Shown here: piece after piece, positions 8,922 to 20,952 of the stretch | Position numbering within the stretch: position 1 is the first letter of the stretch | Layout of the letters: every line of letters begins with the position of its first letter | Assembly: GCA_046590575.1 (NCBI GenBank) | Contig: JBKJUS010000214.1 | Coordinates: forward strand, 1,921 to 65,920 | Source: Mycobacteriales bacterium | Lineage (GTDB): Bacteria; Actinomycetota; Actinomycetes; BP-191 | Reading direction: 5' to 3' | Length of the DNA stretch: 64,000 nt | The notes under the pieces: model-generated | The model's input: only the letters and a program-made list of their open reading frames with translations | What the model was told of the DNA's origin: nothing | Databases searched by the model: none | Program-made: the position numbers and the translations under genes

Positions 8922-9989
8922 ATGCGCATTGCCATGATCGCTCCGCCGTGGGCTCCCGTCCCGCCGCCCCGCTACGGCGGCATCGAGCTCGTCGTCGACT
9001 TGCTGGCCCGCGGTCTCGTCGCCGCCGGGCACGATGTCACTCTTTTCGCCACTGCGGACAGCACCTGTCCGGTCCCCACGTCGTCGTCGATGGAACGCGC
9101 AGACTGGTCCCGCCTGGGCGAGTCCCTCGTCGAGCTCCAGCACGTACTGCACGCACACGAGCGGCTCGCCGGGTTCGACGTGGTGCACGACCACACCCTC
9201 GTCGGACCACTGCTGGCCGAGCGTCTGCCGGCCGGCACGCCGCTGGTTGCCACGATGCACGGTGACCTCCGGGGTGAGCTTGCGGACGTCTACCGAGCGG
9301 CCCGCGGCGCACACCTCGTCGCGATCTCTCACTCCCAGATCCGACCGACTCCTTTGCTGCCGATCGCGCGGGTCATCCACCACGGCGTGGAGACCGCGCG
9401 CTTTCCCGTGGGGGAGGGGAGGGGCGGCTACCACGCATTCCTCGGGCGGATGTGCCCGGCCAAGGGGGCCCACCGGGCCATCCGAATTGCGCAGGCAGCG
9501 GGGGAGCCGATCAAGCTGGCCGGCAAGATCGCCGAACCGGCCGAGAAGCGGTACTTCGCCGAGCAGATCGAGCCCTTGCTGGGGCCCGACGTCGAGTACG
9601 TCGGCGAACTCGGCCACGACGACAAGGTGGCGCTGCTCGGCGGCGCGCGCTCACTGCTCTTCCCGATCCGTTGGGCCGAACCGTTCGGCCTCGTCATGAT
9701 CGAGTCACTTGCCTGCGGTACACCCGTGTTGGCCTTTCCCGAAGGGGCAGCACCGGAAGTGGTCGAGGACAACGTCACGGGTCACCTGTGTGCTGACGAT
9801 GCGGCGATGGTCTCCGCCATCGGCCGGCTGGACGACCTGGACCGGGGAGCGTGTCGCCAGGCGGTCGAGGAGTACTTCTGCGCCGAGCGAATGGTCGACG
9901 AGCACCTGCGCTTGTTCGACGATCTGGTCTCAGCCACCTCAGCCACCTCGGCGACCGGGGCGCCGGTTGCCGCGGCGTACCCGGCATAA
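8922..9989 (+). CDS. glycosyltransferase family 4
   Basis: The sequence MRIAMIAPPWAPVPPPRYGGIE and the C-terminal EPFGLVMIESLACGTPV motif are typical of GT4 (GT-B fold). Confidence 0.85.
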   Translation: MRIAMIAPPWAPVPPPRYGGIELVVDLLARGLVAAGHDVTLFATADSTCPVPTSSSMERADWSRLGESLVELQHVLHAHERLAGFDVVHDHTLVGPLLAERLPAGTPLVATMHGDLRGELADVYRAARGAHLVAISHSQIRPTPLLPIARVIHHGVETARFPVGEGRGGYHAFLGRMCPAKGAHRAIRIAQAAGEPIKLAGKIAEPAEKRYFAEQIEPLLGPDVEYVGELGHDDKVALLGGARSLLFPIRWAEPFGLVMIESLACGTPVLAFPEGAAPEVVEDNVTGHLCADDAAMVSAIGRLDDLDRGACRQAVEEYFCAERMVDEHLRLFDDLVSATSATSATGAPVAAAYPA

Positions 9990-10063
9990 GGGGTCAAGCC
10001 GCACCCCTCCCGTCCCGATGGTCCCTGTGAAGCACTTTCGTCACATCGACCACCGGAGGGTTC

Positions 10064-11212
10064 GTGCTCGCGCTGCGTCCTGCTCGCCTCGCTGGGCTGT
10101 CGCTCGTCCTCGCTGGCCTCGCCGGCTCCGGACTGGTCGCGGCCACCGGACCCGCCGGGCCGCCGCGCGCACCTGACCGAGCGGCCGCCGCCGTCCTCGC
10201 CGCGGCTCGCGAGCAGATCGGCGACACGTACGAGTGGGCCGGCGTCGGGCCGGATGTCTGGGACTGCTCCGGACTCACGTCGGTGCTCTGGCGCACTGCC
10301 GGCGAAGTCGCCACGATCCCGCGCACCTCGCGCCAGCAGCAGGCATGGGCGACGCCGATACGTCCCGAGGACGCGCTGCCCGGCGACCTCGTCTTCTTCG
10401 GTGAGCCGGTGAGCCACGTCAGCCTCTATATCGGCGACGGCCGGATCATCGATGCCTCGAGCTCGCGAAAGTCGGTCGTTGAGCGAGCCGTCTGGACTTC
10501 CGATCTCGTGCGCTACGGCCGGGTGCCGCGGCGCACAGCGCCGGCGTCGCGACCGGTCGAGCCCACGCCTGCCAGGTCTGGTTCACCGACCGCGGCGGCG
10601 TCTGCCACGGCTGGGTCGTCCGCAGCGAGCTCCGGAGCCAGCCCCAGCGCTTCGAGCCCGAGCGTCACCCCCAGCCCACGCTCTACCCCAAGTCCAGGCC
10701 GAGTCACGGCGAGCGGGTCCGCGCGGCCCAGCACGTCGAGCGCGCCCCGAACCGTCCACGCAGCCTCCGCGACACCGTCCGCGAGACCGTCCGCGACGCC
10801 CTCCGCGGGCCCACCCCGTCCTGTCCCGGCGCCGGGCCACCGTCCGTCGGCGCAACCCGGCAAGACCGCCGCCACGTTCGCCGCGGCGGCTCAGGAAGCT
10901 GTCGGCGCGGCCTACCAAGACGGCCGCAGCGGTCCGACGTACGATGCCGCGGGCTTGGTCCGGATGGCCTGGTGGAGGGCCACGGCGAACGTGCTGCCCG
11001 CTGATCTGACCGCGCTGGAACGTCGGACCAAACCGATCGCGCTGGCCGGCCTGACCATAGGCGATCTCGTTTTCTATGGCATGCCGGCCGTCCACGTCGG
11101 CATCTACGTCGGCAACGGTGAGATGGTCGACGCGTCGAAGGTGCTCAAGAAGGTCAGCCGTCGGCGCGTCTTCAGCAGCGAGACGGTGCGCTTCGCCCGC
11201 ATCACCGGCTGA
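10064..11212 (+). CDS. secreted peptidoglycan hydrolase with two NlpC/P60 domains separated by an Ala/Ser/Pro-rich linker; the second domain lacks the catalytic Cys
   Basis: The protein has a signal peptide. Domain 1 carries DCSGL and HVSLYIGDG. Domain 2 carries DAAGL and HVGIYVGNG. An SD (GGAGGG) precedes the GTG start. Confidence 0.85.
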   Translation: MLALRPARLAGLSLVLAGLAGSGLVAATGPAGPPRAPDRAAAAVLAAAREQIGDTYEWAGVGPDVWDCSGLTSVLWRTAGEVATIPRTSRQQQAWATPIRPEDALPGDLVFFGEPVSHVSLYIGDGRIIDASSSRKSVVERAVWTSDLVRYGRVPRRTAPASRPVEPTPARSGSPTAAASATAGSSAASSGASPSASSPSVTPSPRSTPSPGRVTASGSARPSTSSAPRTVHAASATPSARPSATPSAGPPRPVPAPGHRPSAQPGKTAATFAAAAQEAVGAAYQDGRSGPTYDAAGLVRMAWWRATANVLPADLTALERRTKPIALAGLTIGDLVFYGMPAVHVGIYVGNGEMVDASKVLKKVSRRRVFSSETVRFARITG

Positions 11213-11269
11213 GTAAGCTAACGTACGCCGATAATCAACATTATGTCATTATGAAGAAAGAGTGCCAGG

Positions 11270-11578
11270 GTGGAAGTGACCGTGCTCGGCATCCCGGGAT
11301 GCCCCCACTCCTCCCCTGCAGCGGCGCTCGTCCGGGCGGCTCTTGACGACCTCGGCAGGCAGGGAACCTCTGTCGTGACTCGCGAGGTGACCGACGAGGC
11401 CGACGCCCGACGACTCGGCTTCGCCGGCTCGCCGTCGTTCTTCGCGAACGGTGCCGACCTCTTCGGCAGCCCCGGTCTGGCCCCGGCCTTCAGCTGTCGG
11501 CTCTATTCCACGCCGAACGGCCTGGCCGGCGTGCCGACGATCGATGACCTGAAAGCTGTCCTGTCTCGTTTGTCATAA
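11270..11578 (+). CDS. thioredoxin/glutaredoxin-like small protein (monothiol CPHS motif)
   Basis: The 102-aa protein has a GCPHS motif at its N-terminus in the thioredoxin-fold position. Confidence 0.55.
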   Translation: MEVTVLGIPGCPHSSPAAALVRAALDDLGRQGTSVVTREVTDEADARRLGFAGSPSFFANGADLFGSPGLAPAFSCRLYSTPNGLAGVPTIDDLKAVLSRLS

Positions 11579-11597
11579 CGAACGATGCGCAGGTGGG

Positions 11598-12236
11598 TCA
11601 GGCCCGCGCACGACCTTCGAACGTGTACCCGAAGGGCTTAGGGTCGCCGGCGGCGTAGGCCGTCGTGAGCTCCTCCACCTCGAAGCCGGCGCCGGACACC
11701 AGGTCGGCGATGGGTCGCTCGAGGTGGCAACCTCCGGCGATCCGGCCGTTGAGGGGCTGCAGCCGTTGCTGCCACCGGTGGACAGCCGGATCGGGTGACC
11801 GGCCGTGCTCGACGAAGTGGAAGACGGCACCGGGTTTGAGCACCCGGCGCAACTCGCCCAGCGCGGCCTCGACGTTCGGGATAGTGCACAACGTCCACGT
11901 CGAGAGGGCGGCGTCGAACCGGTTGTCTGGCAGGTCCAGGTGCTGGCCGTCCAGACCGGCCCAGGTCACCGGTGTGGTGCCTTGCTCGATCCGCGGCGAG
12001 GCCAGCCGTCGGGCGACCTCGGAAGGCTCGACCGCCCATACGCCGGTGACGGCAGCTGGGTAGTGCGTCACGTTGCGGCCAGACCCGAACCCCACCTCGA
12101 CGACGTCTCCGGCAAGCCCGGCGCACACGCGCGCCCGCGCCTCGGTGGGTCCCTTCATCCCCAGAAAGCAGTCCGCTAGCCGGGGTACGACGTGAGTAGT
12201 CCAGAGGCCCATCAGCCCATGCTTCCCTATGGCCAT
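11598..12236 (-). CDS. class I SAM-dependent methyltransferase
   Basis: It carries the VVEVGFGSG motif I and has methyltransferase-like length and architecture. Confidence 0.8.
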   Translation of the reverse strand: MAIGKHGLMGLWTTHVVPRLADCFLGMKGPTEARARVCAGLAGDVVEVGFGSGRNVTHYPAAVTGVWAVEPSEVARRLASPRIEQGTTPVTWAGLDGQHLDLPDNRFDAALSTWTLCTIPNVEAALGELRRVLKPGAVFHFVEHGRSPDPAVHRWQQRLQPLNGRIAGGCHLERPIADLVSGAGFEVEELTTAYAAGDPKPFGYTFEGRARA

Positions 12237-12241
12237 CGCCC

Positions 12242-13054
12242 GTGTCGAGGCGGCCCGCTAGCATCCCCGAGATGCTCGTTCTGCTGCCGCCGTCCGAGGG
12301 CAAGGCGATGCCGACGGACGGTCCGCGGCTGGACCTGGCCGCGCTGAGCTTTCCGACGCTGACCCGTGCTCGCCGTGGCCTCATCCGAGACGTCGCCGCG
12401 CTCTGCCGGGCCGATCCCGACGTGGCCCGGCGGGCGCTGAAGCTCGGACCTTCCCAGAGCGACGCCCTGACCTACAACCGCTGCCTCCGCCGGGCGGCGA
12501 CGCTGCCGGCGGCCGAGCTCTACACAGGCGTGGTGTACGACGCTCTCGAGTACGCCACGCTGCCCGCCAAGGCTCGGCGGCAAGCTGACCGGAGCGTGAT
12601 CGTCTTCTCAGGTCTGTGGGGGGCAGTGCGGCTGACCGATTCACTCCCCCACTACAAGGTGCCGATCAGCGCCAGCATCGGCGCGCCGCTGGCCGCACTG
12701 TGGCGCACGATGCTCGCCGAGCCGCTGGCGGTGGCGGCGGGCTCCGGGCTCGTGGTCGATCTGCGCAGCGCGCCGTACGCCGTGGCGTGGCGGCCGTCCG
12801 GTGAGCTGGCCCAGCGTACGGTCGGGGTGACGGTGCTCGCCGAGCGACGAGTCGGCGGTCGCGTCGTACGCCAGCCGGTCAGCCACTTCAACAAGGCCGC
12901 CAAAGGCCGGTTTACCCGGGCGTTGGTCCTCGATCCGACCGACGATCCGGGCGCACTGCTCGCTCGCGCGCAGCACGCCGGGCTCGCTGGCGAGCTGGTA
13001 CGTCGCCAGAATCGACCGCACCTGCTGCTTGTCGAACCATTGGACGCACCATGA
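12242..13054 (+). CDS. yaaA: peroxide stress protein YaaA (UPF0246/DUF328)
   Basis: The N-terminus MLVLLPPSEGK and the motif AAELYTGVVYDAL are characteristic of YaaA. Confidence 0.85.
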   Translation: MSRRPASIPEMLVLLPPSEGKAMPTDGPRLDLAALSFPTLTRARRGLIRDVAALCRADPDVARRALKLGPSQSDALTYNRCLRRAATLPAAELYTGVVYDALEYATLPAKARRQADRSVIVFSGLWGAVRLTDSLPHYKVPISASIGAPLAALWRTMLAEPLAVAAGSGLVVDLRSAPYAVAWRPSGELAQRTVGVTVLAERRVGGRVVRQPVSHFNKAAKGRFTRALVLDPTDDPGALLARAQHAGLAGELVRRQNRPHLLLVEPLDAP

Positions 13055-13527
13055 GGCCGATCGCGGTCGTCGACATCGACGGGGTGGTCGCTGACGTCAC
13101 CCATCGGCTGCACTTCTTGGACACCCGACCGAAGGACTGGGGCTCGTTCTTCGGCGCAGCGGTCGACGACCCACCGCTGGCCGAGGGTGCGCGTCGGGTT
13201 CAGGAGCTGCGCGCGGACCATGACGTGGTGTACCTCACGGGCCGCCCGGAGTGGATGCGGGTCGACACCGAGCGCTGGCTCGCCGCGCACGACCTCACCG
13301 GCACCGAGCTGCACATGCGTCGGCGAGGTGACCGCCGGCCGGCCCGGCAGACGAAGAGCGAGACGCTGCGTCGGCTGGCACGGGACCGTGCCGTGGTGCT
13401 GGTGCTCGACGACGACCCTGAGGTGGTAGCGGCGTTGCACGAGCAGGGCTGGCCGGTCGAGCTGGCCACCTGGCTCCCCCACACCCGGACGTTGCGTCAA
13501 GCCCAGGAGTCTGACGGCCGGACGTGA
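13051..13527 (+). CDS. HAD-superfamily phosphatase-like protein
   Basis: The N-terminus VVDIDGVVAD is the DxDGT/V motif I. It has an ATGA overlap with yaaA. Confidence 0.6.
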   Translation: MRPIAVVDIDGVVADVTHRLHFLDTRPKDWGSFFGAAVDDPPLAEGARRVQELRADHDVVYLTGRPEWMRVDTERWLAAHDLTGTELHMRRRGDRRPARQTKSETLRRLARDRAVVLVLDDDPEVVAALHEQGWPVELATWLPHTRTLRQAQESDGRT

Positions 13528-14744
13528 ACATCGTCCCCTGACGGTGCACCACCGAGCGCAGCGAGGAGCGGTGCCGCCTTCGCGGCGGCCTCGGCCACCT
13601 CGGCCGCCGGATCGCTCGACCAGGTCACGCCACCCCCGGTCCACAGGTGAAGTCGACCGGCGACAGCGGCGACGGTTCGGATCGTCAGGCCGAGCCGCAC
13701 GGCCCCAGTCGCGTCGACCCAACCCAGCGCCCCCATCGACGGACCACGCCCCACTCGCTCCGCCCGGGCGATCTCGGCGAGGGCGGCGAGCTTCGGCGCA
13801 CCGGTGACCGATCCCCCCGGGAACGTCGCACTCAGCAGCTCGCCCAAGCCGACACCAGGACGCAGGCGGGCCGACACGGCGGACTCGGCGTGCCAGAGCC
13901 CGGCGAGCGACCGTACGACGTACAGCTCGGTGACCTCGACCTCGCCGGTCCTCGCCAACCGAGCGAGGTCATTGCGCTCGAGGTCGACGATCATCACGTG
14001 TTCGGCGCGGTCCTTGGCCGACGTCCGCAACCCTTCGTACGCCGCGGCGTCCGCGGCAGCGTCATCGGACCGAGCCGCGGTGCCCTTGATCGGCCGGGTG
14101 TGCACCCGTCCGGCGACGACCTCGACGAAGAGCTCCGGTGAGGCAGCGTGGACGGCCCAGCCGTCGCCGAGGACCCCACCAGACCACGGCGCGTCGCGGA
14201 CGGCAGCGAGCCGCCGCCCGATGTCAGCCGGGTGGCCGGCGAACTCCGCCGACCGGTGCCCGACCACATTCGCCTGATAGACGTCACCGCGCGCGATCGA
14301 GTGCCGGACACCCTCGACCGCCGCCTGGTGCTCGAGGTCGGACCATGAGGCCTGCCACGGGCCGACCTCGAAGGGCTCGGCCGCGGTCGGCGGCGGCGGC
14401 TCGAGCGTGCCGTGCTCGACCACGATCGCGGCAAGGTCAGGCACTGCCGGGCTGGGCGACGCCGCGCCACCGGCCGCTGACACGGGCCACCCACCGCCGA
14501 TGAGCAGCACTGCACCTCGGTCGGCGTACGACGGCGCCGCCGGTTCGCCGAGATCTTGCACGGGGAGGCCAGCCGCGGCGAGAAAGCCCTCGAGCTCGAC
14601 GAAGGGCGCTGACGCTTCCGGCGTCCAGCGCCACTCCCAGCGGTCGAGCTCTCGCCAGGAGGAACCTGGTACGTGGGGTTGGCCGGGAGCGCGGATCACA
14701 GCGGCGACCATAGTTGGCGAACCTGTCATATGACGTTCGTGCAC
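13497..14744 (-). CDS. chorismate-binding enzyme, aminodeoxychorismate/anthranilate synthase component I family
   Basis: The C-terminal signature SATFPGGSVTGAPK ... GRGPSMGALGW is present. The N-terminal start is uncertain. Confidence 0.8.
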   Translation of the reverse strand: MHERHMTGSPTMVAAVIRAPGQPHVPGSSWRELDRWEWRWTPEASAPFVELEGFLAAAGLPVQDLGEPAAPSYADRGAVLLIGGGWPVSAAGGAASPSPAVPDLAAIVVEHGTLEPPPPTAAEPFEVGPWQASWSDLEHQAAVEGVRHSIARGDVYQANVVGHRSAEFAGHPADIGRRLAAVRDAPWSGGVLGDGWAVHAASPELFVEVVAGRVHTRPIKGTAARSDDAAADAAAYEGLRTSAKDRAEHVMIVDLERNDLARLARTGEVEVTELYVVRSLAGLWHAESAVSARLRPGVGLGELLSATFPGGSVTGAPKLAALAEIARAERVGRGPSMGALGWVDATGAVRLGLTIRTVAAVAGRLHLWTGGGVTWSSDPAAEVAEAAAKAAPLLAALGGAPSGDDVHVRPSDSWA

Positions 14745-15094
14745 CGATTTGCCGGATCACAGCACGTTCGGGTGCTGGCGGGTGTCCAATAAGGGTCAGG
14801 CAAGGATCTTCACGAAAGCCAGGGTCCTGCCGAAGACTTGATCGACGACAGAGTGACGGCTGGACGAGGAGAGCTCGACATGTGTGCGCACGACCCAGAC
14901 TGCCCGCCCGCTGAAGCCGTCGACCATGATGCCGCCCGGATAGTGGCCAGCCACCCTGAACAGGGGTGGAGCTTGCTGTGCAACGGGGTGGTCGTCTTCG
15001 ACGACACCGGGGAGATCCTGCCCGACGGCCGGGTCGAGGGACCGCACCGCTCGCTGCCCCGACGGGCGGCTTAGCTCCGCTGCGGGCGTCTCGC

Positions 15095-18001
<2,907 letters not shown>

Positions 18002-18007
18002 CGGCGC

Positions 18008-18230
18008 ACGCCGGTGGTCGCCTCCCCTCTGTCATGGGACCTGAGAGCTTCACCTCGTCCCCGCACAAGGGTGGACGCGGCTTGCACCGTCGGTGGGCAC
18101 GCCTCGAACGCGCCACTTTCCAGAGTGGCCTGTCCCGCGCGGTCTGTCGGCCTGAGAGATTCCGGGGAGGGTTGCTCCTTCGGCGTCCGTCGCTGGCGTG
18201 CGACGGAGCTCTTCCGCATGGGATGGTCAG
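18008..18230 (-). ncRNA. tandem-aptamer glycine riboswitch in the gcvP leader
   Basis: The reverse complement contains GGAAGAGC ... CGCCGAAGGAGCAACC ... CUCUCAGGC (aptamer 1) and CUCUGGAAAGUG ... CACCGACGGUGCAAGCC ... CUCUCAGGUCCCAUGACAGAGGGG (aptamer 2). The GGGAGG SD is embedded at its 3' end. Confidence 0.8.
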
Positions 18231-18274
18231 CCACCGCCGAGGTTACCAGCCGAGGGGCACAGCGTCAGGTCAGG

Positions 18275-18859
18275 CTAGGCGGTGTCGCGCTTGGTACGGC
18301 GGCGGGACAGCTCGTCGGTGCCGGAACCCGGGACCGACGTCGGTTCAGCGGCCCGTTCCCCTGGCAGCTCGGCGAGTGAGCCCTCGACCTCTCGGACGAT
18401 CTTGCCGATCGCGATCCCGAAAACTCCCTGACCGCCCTGCAGCAGGTCGATGACCTCGTCGGACGACGTACATCCGTACACCGTCGTGCCGTCGGACATG
18501 AGCGTGACGTCGGTGAGGTCATCCACACCGTGCTGCCGCAGATGTTCGACGGCGGCCCGGATGTTCTGCAGGGAGACGCCGGTGGCCAGCAGCCGCCGCA
18601 CGACTTTCAGCACGAGGATGTCGCGAAAGGAGTAGAGCCGTTGGGTGCCCGAGCCGGAGGCGTCCCGGACGCTGGGTATCACCAGATTGGTGCGCGCCCA
18701 GTAGTCGAGTTGCCGATAGGTGATCCCGGCCACGCTGCACGCTGTGGGGCCGCGGTAGCCGACATCATCCGGTGGCGCCTCGGGCAAACCGTCAGCGAAG
18801 AGCGCGCCCTGGCGGCTGGTGCCGACCGGATCGGGCTGGTCGGTCTTCTTGTCGCTCAC
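18275..18859 (-). CDS. MerR family transcriptional regulator (Rv1828-like)
   Basis: It has a MerR HTH (ITYRQLDYWARTNLV) and conserved position in the gcvH-garA-merR-nuclease-merR block. Confidence 0.85.
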   Translation of the reverse strand: MSDKKTDQPDPVGTSRQGALFADGLPEAPPDDVGYRGPTACSVAGITYRQLDYWARTNLVIPSVRDASGSGTQRLYSFRDILVLKVVRRLLATGVSLQNIRAAVEHLRQHGVDDLTDVTLMSDGTTVYGCTSSDEVIDLLQGGQGVFGIAIGKIVREVEGSLAELPGERAAEPTSVPGSGTDELSRRRTKRDTA

Positions 18860-19016
18860 GCCGTCCGCCCCTCGTCGTTGCCTCTGTACCCCACACTAGG
18901 GACTCTCAAGGCCGGGCCACAACGACTGTCGAGGGTGTGTCCCCACTCTCACCCTGGACTTCAGATCGAGGCCTGTTTGCCTCCGGTGCCGTCTCCCAGC
19001 CGGTCCTCGACACCGC

Positions 19017-19490
19017 TCAGGACGTCGTGTTGTTGAAGTCATCCGGTGAGATCCCGTCGAGGAACTCGCGGAACTTCTCCACCTCCGTCTCCTGCTCGTC
19101 CGCGATCGGAATGCCGGCCTCATCGAGGACGGTTTCGGCCACGAAGATCGTGACACCCATGCGCATGGCTAGCGCGATAGCGTCCGAGGGGCGAGCCGAT
19201 ACCTCGACCCCCGAGCCGAGGATCAGGTTGGCGTAAAACACCCCCTCCGCCAGGTGGGTGATGTGGACGGCGGTGACGTCGATCTCCGCGGCGTCGAGCA
19301 GGTCCTTCATGAGGTCATGCGTCATCGGCCTGGCGGTGATGATCTGCTGCTGGGCGAAGGCAATCGCTGTCGCCTCGACGGCTCCGATCCAGATCGGCAG
19401 GTAGCGGTCGCCATCGACTTCCTTGAGCAAGACGATGGGTTGGTTGTTGGGCAGTTCGACGCGTACGCCGACCACCGAGACCTCGTGCAC
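19017..19490 (-). CDS. bifunctional nuclease family protein (DUF151, Rv1829-like)
   Basis: The 157-aa protein carries PIVLLKEVDGDRYLPIWIG and MTHDLM motifs. Confidence 0.8.
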   Translation of the reverse strand: MHEVSVVGVRVELPNNQPIVLLKEVDGDRYLPIWIGAVEATAIAFAQQQIITARPMTHDLMKDLLDAAEIDVTAVHITHLAEGVFYANLILGSGVEVSARPSDAIALAMRMGVTIFVAETVLDEAGIPIADEQETEVEKFREFLDGISPDDFNNTTS

Positions 19491-19550
19491 CGCTCCTCCT
19501 GGCTCCTCCCCCGTCGCGCGTCAGGGGGGAGGACGAAAACTACACCAGGG

Positions 19551-20285
19551 TCAGCGGGTGAGTCCGGGGCGCAGGCCGGCCCGCACCAGCGCCGAGTGCA
19601 GTCGGATGGAGAGGGCGGCGAGCTCGCGGACGACTTCTTCGCTGCGCGCCCGTGCTTCCGGGTTGCGCTGGCGGACGAGGGGCGTCACTACCTGCTCGAA
19701 GAGTCCGATCTCCCGATCTGCGGCGCTTTTGAACGGCCGGAGATGCCGGGCCTCGATGCCGTAGCGGCTCATCTCGGCCACCGTCTTGGCGATGAGCAAC
19801 GCGTCGCCGTCGAAGTAGGAGCCGCCGGGCCGCAGAGTAACCATTCCGTACTGCTCAAGGGCGCTCAACTGGTCGGCGGTCAATCCCGCGGCCTGGGCCA
19901 GCTCGTCTCTGGTCAGGCGTACGTCGGAGACGTCCCGGATGAATGCCTCAGGACCCGGCAGCCCATCCGTCCCCGCGATGCCGCGTGGGACCTGCGGCCC
20001 GGTCGCCGCATCCTTCGGCGGCTCGAGTCCACGGTCAAGCGCCTCAAGGTGCGTCTTGATCACGCGCAGCGGCAGATAGCGGTCACGCTGAGCGGCCAGC
20101 ACGTAGCGCAGCCGGGCCACGTCGTCACGGGAGAACTTCCGGTACCCGGAGCTGGTGCGCTCAGGCTCGATCAGGCCCTCGGCCTCCAGAAATCGGATCT
20201 TCGAGATCGTCACGTCGGGGAAGTCCCCACGGAGCTGAGCCAACACCTCGCCGATGCTCATGAAGGCCTTGCGGGCGCCGGTCAC
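19551..20285 (-). CDS. MerR family transcriptional regulator (Rv1830-like)
   Basis: It has an N-terminal MerR HTH (MSIGEVLAQLRGDFPDVTISKIRFLE) and a duplicated MerR-like C-terminal half. Confidence 0.85.
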   Translation of the reverse strand: MTGARKAFMSIGEVLAQLRGDFPDVTISKIRFLEAEGLIEPERTSSGYRKFSRDDVARLRYVLAAQRDRYLPLRVIKTHLEALDRGLEPPKDAATGPQVPRGIAGTDGLPGPEAFIRDVSDVRLTRDELAQAAGLTADQLSALEQYGMVTLRPGGSYFDGDALLIAKTVAEMSRYGIEARHLRPFKSAADREIGLFEQVVTPLVRQRNPEARARSEEVVRELAALSIRLHSALVRAGLRPGLTR

Positions 20286-20788
20286 GCTCCCGTCGCCTCG
20301 CCGCGTGGGCCCGCGAAGAACACCAGCCGGAACTTGCCGATCTGCACCTCGTCTCCGCCGGTGAGGAGACTCTGCTCGATGCGCTCGCGGTTGAGGTAGC
20401 TGCCGTTGAGGCTGCCTACGTCGTGCACGGCGAATCCAGCAGGGGTCGCGCGCCGCAGCTCGGCATGGCGGCGGGACACTGTGACGTCGTCGAGGAAGAT
20501 GTCACTCTCCGGGTGGCGGCCCACTGTCGTGACGTCCCGGTCGAGGAGGAACCTGCTCCCAGCGTTGGGCCCACGCTTGACGACGAGCAGCGCGGTACCC
20601 GGGGCGAGCCCATCGACGCCCGGCTCCTCCGCGCTGCCCTCCTCCTCGTGCAGGTCCGCATCCAGGGGCACCAGGGCGATGGTCGAAGTCTGTTCGGCGG
20701 CCGACTCCGGACCGGCGAGCGGGGTGCCGCACCGACCGCAGAAGTGGCTGTCTGCCGGATTGCTCTGGCCGCACTGGGTACAGAACAC
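20282..20788 (-). CDS. garA: FHA-domain protein, GarA/OdhI ortholog with an N-terminal zinc ribbon
   Basis: The C-terminal FHA domain (TTVGRHPESDIFLDDVTVSRRHAEL ... GSLNGSYLN) is present. A CxxC ... CxxC zinc ribbon sits at the N-terminus, and an EQTSTI Thr cluster sits where the GarA ETTS phospho-motif would be. I chose the GTG start at 20788 because a GGGAGG SD lies 12 nt upstream; the longest ORF extends to 20920. Confidence 0.75.
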   Translation of the reverse strand: MFCTQCGQSNPADSHFCGRCGTPLAGPESAAEQTSTIALVPLDADLHEEEGSAEEPGVDGLAPGTALLVVKRGPNAGSRFLLDRDVTTVGRHPESDIFLDDVTVSRRHAELRRATPAGFAVHDVGSLNGSYLNRERIEQSLLTGGDEVQIGKFRLVFFAGPRGEATGA

Positions 20789-20952
20789 GCGACGAGTCGC
20801 CTCCCGGGCACGCGACGCCGCGACAGTCCTGCGTCCGCGCGGTCGTCGAAGTGCGGACCCTAGCCAACGGCTGGCCCAAGGGTCAACCAGACATGCCGAC
20901 CTACCCAGAACCCAACTCAATGAGCCTCGACTGGAGGTCGAGCCTGCGTCGT

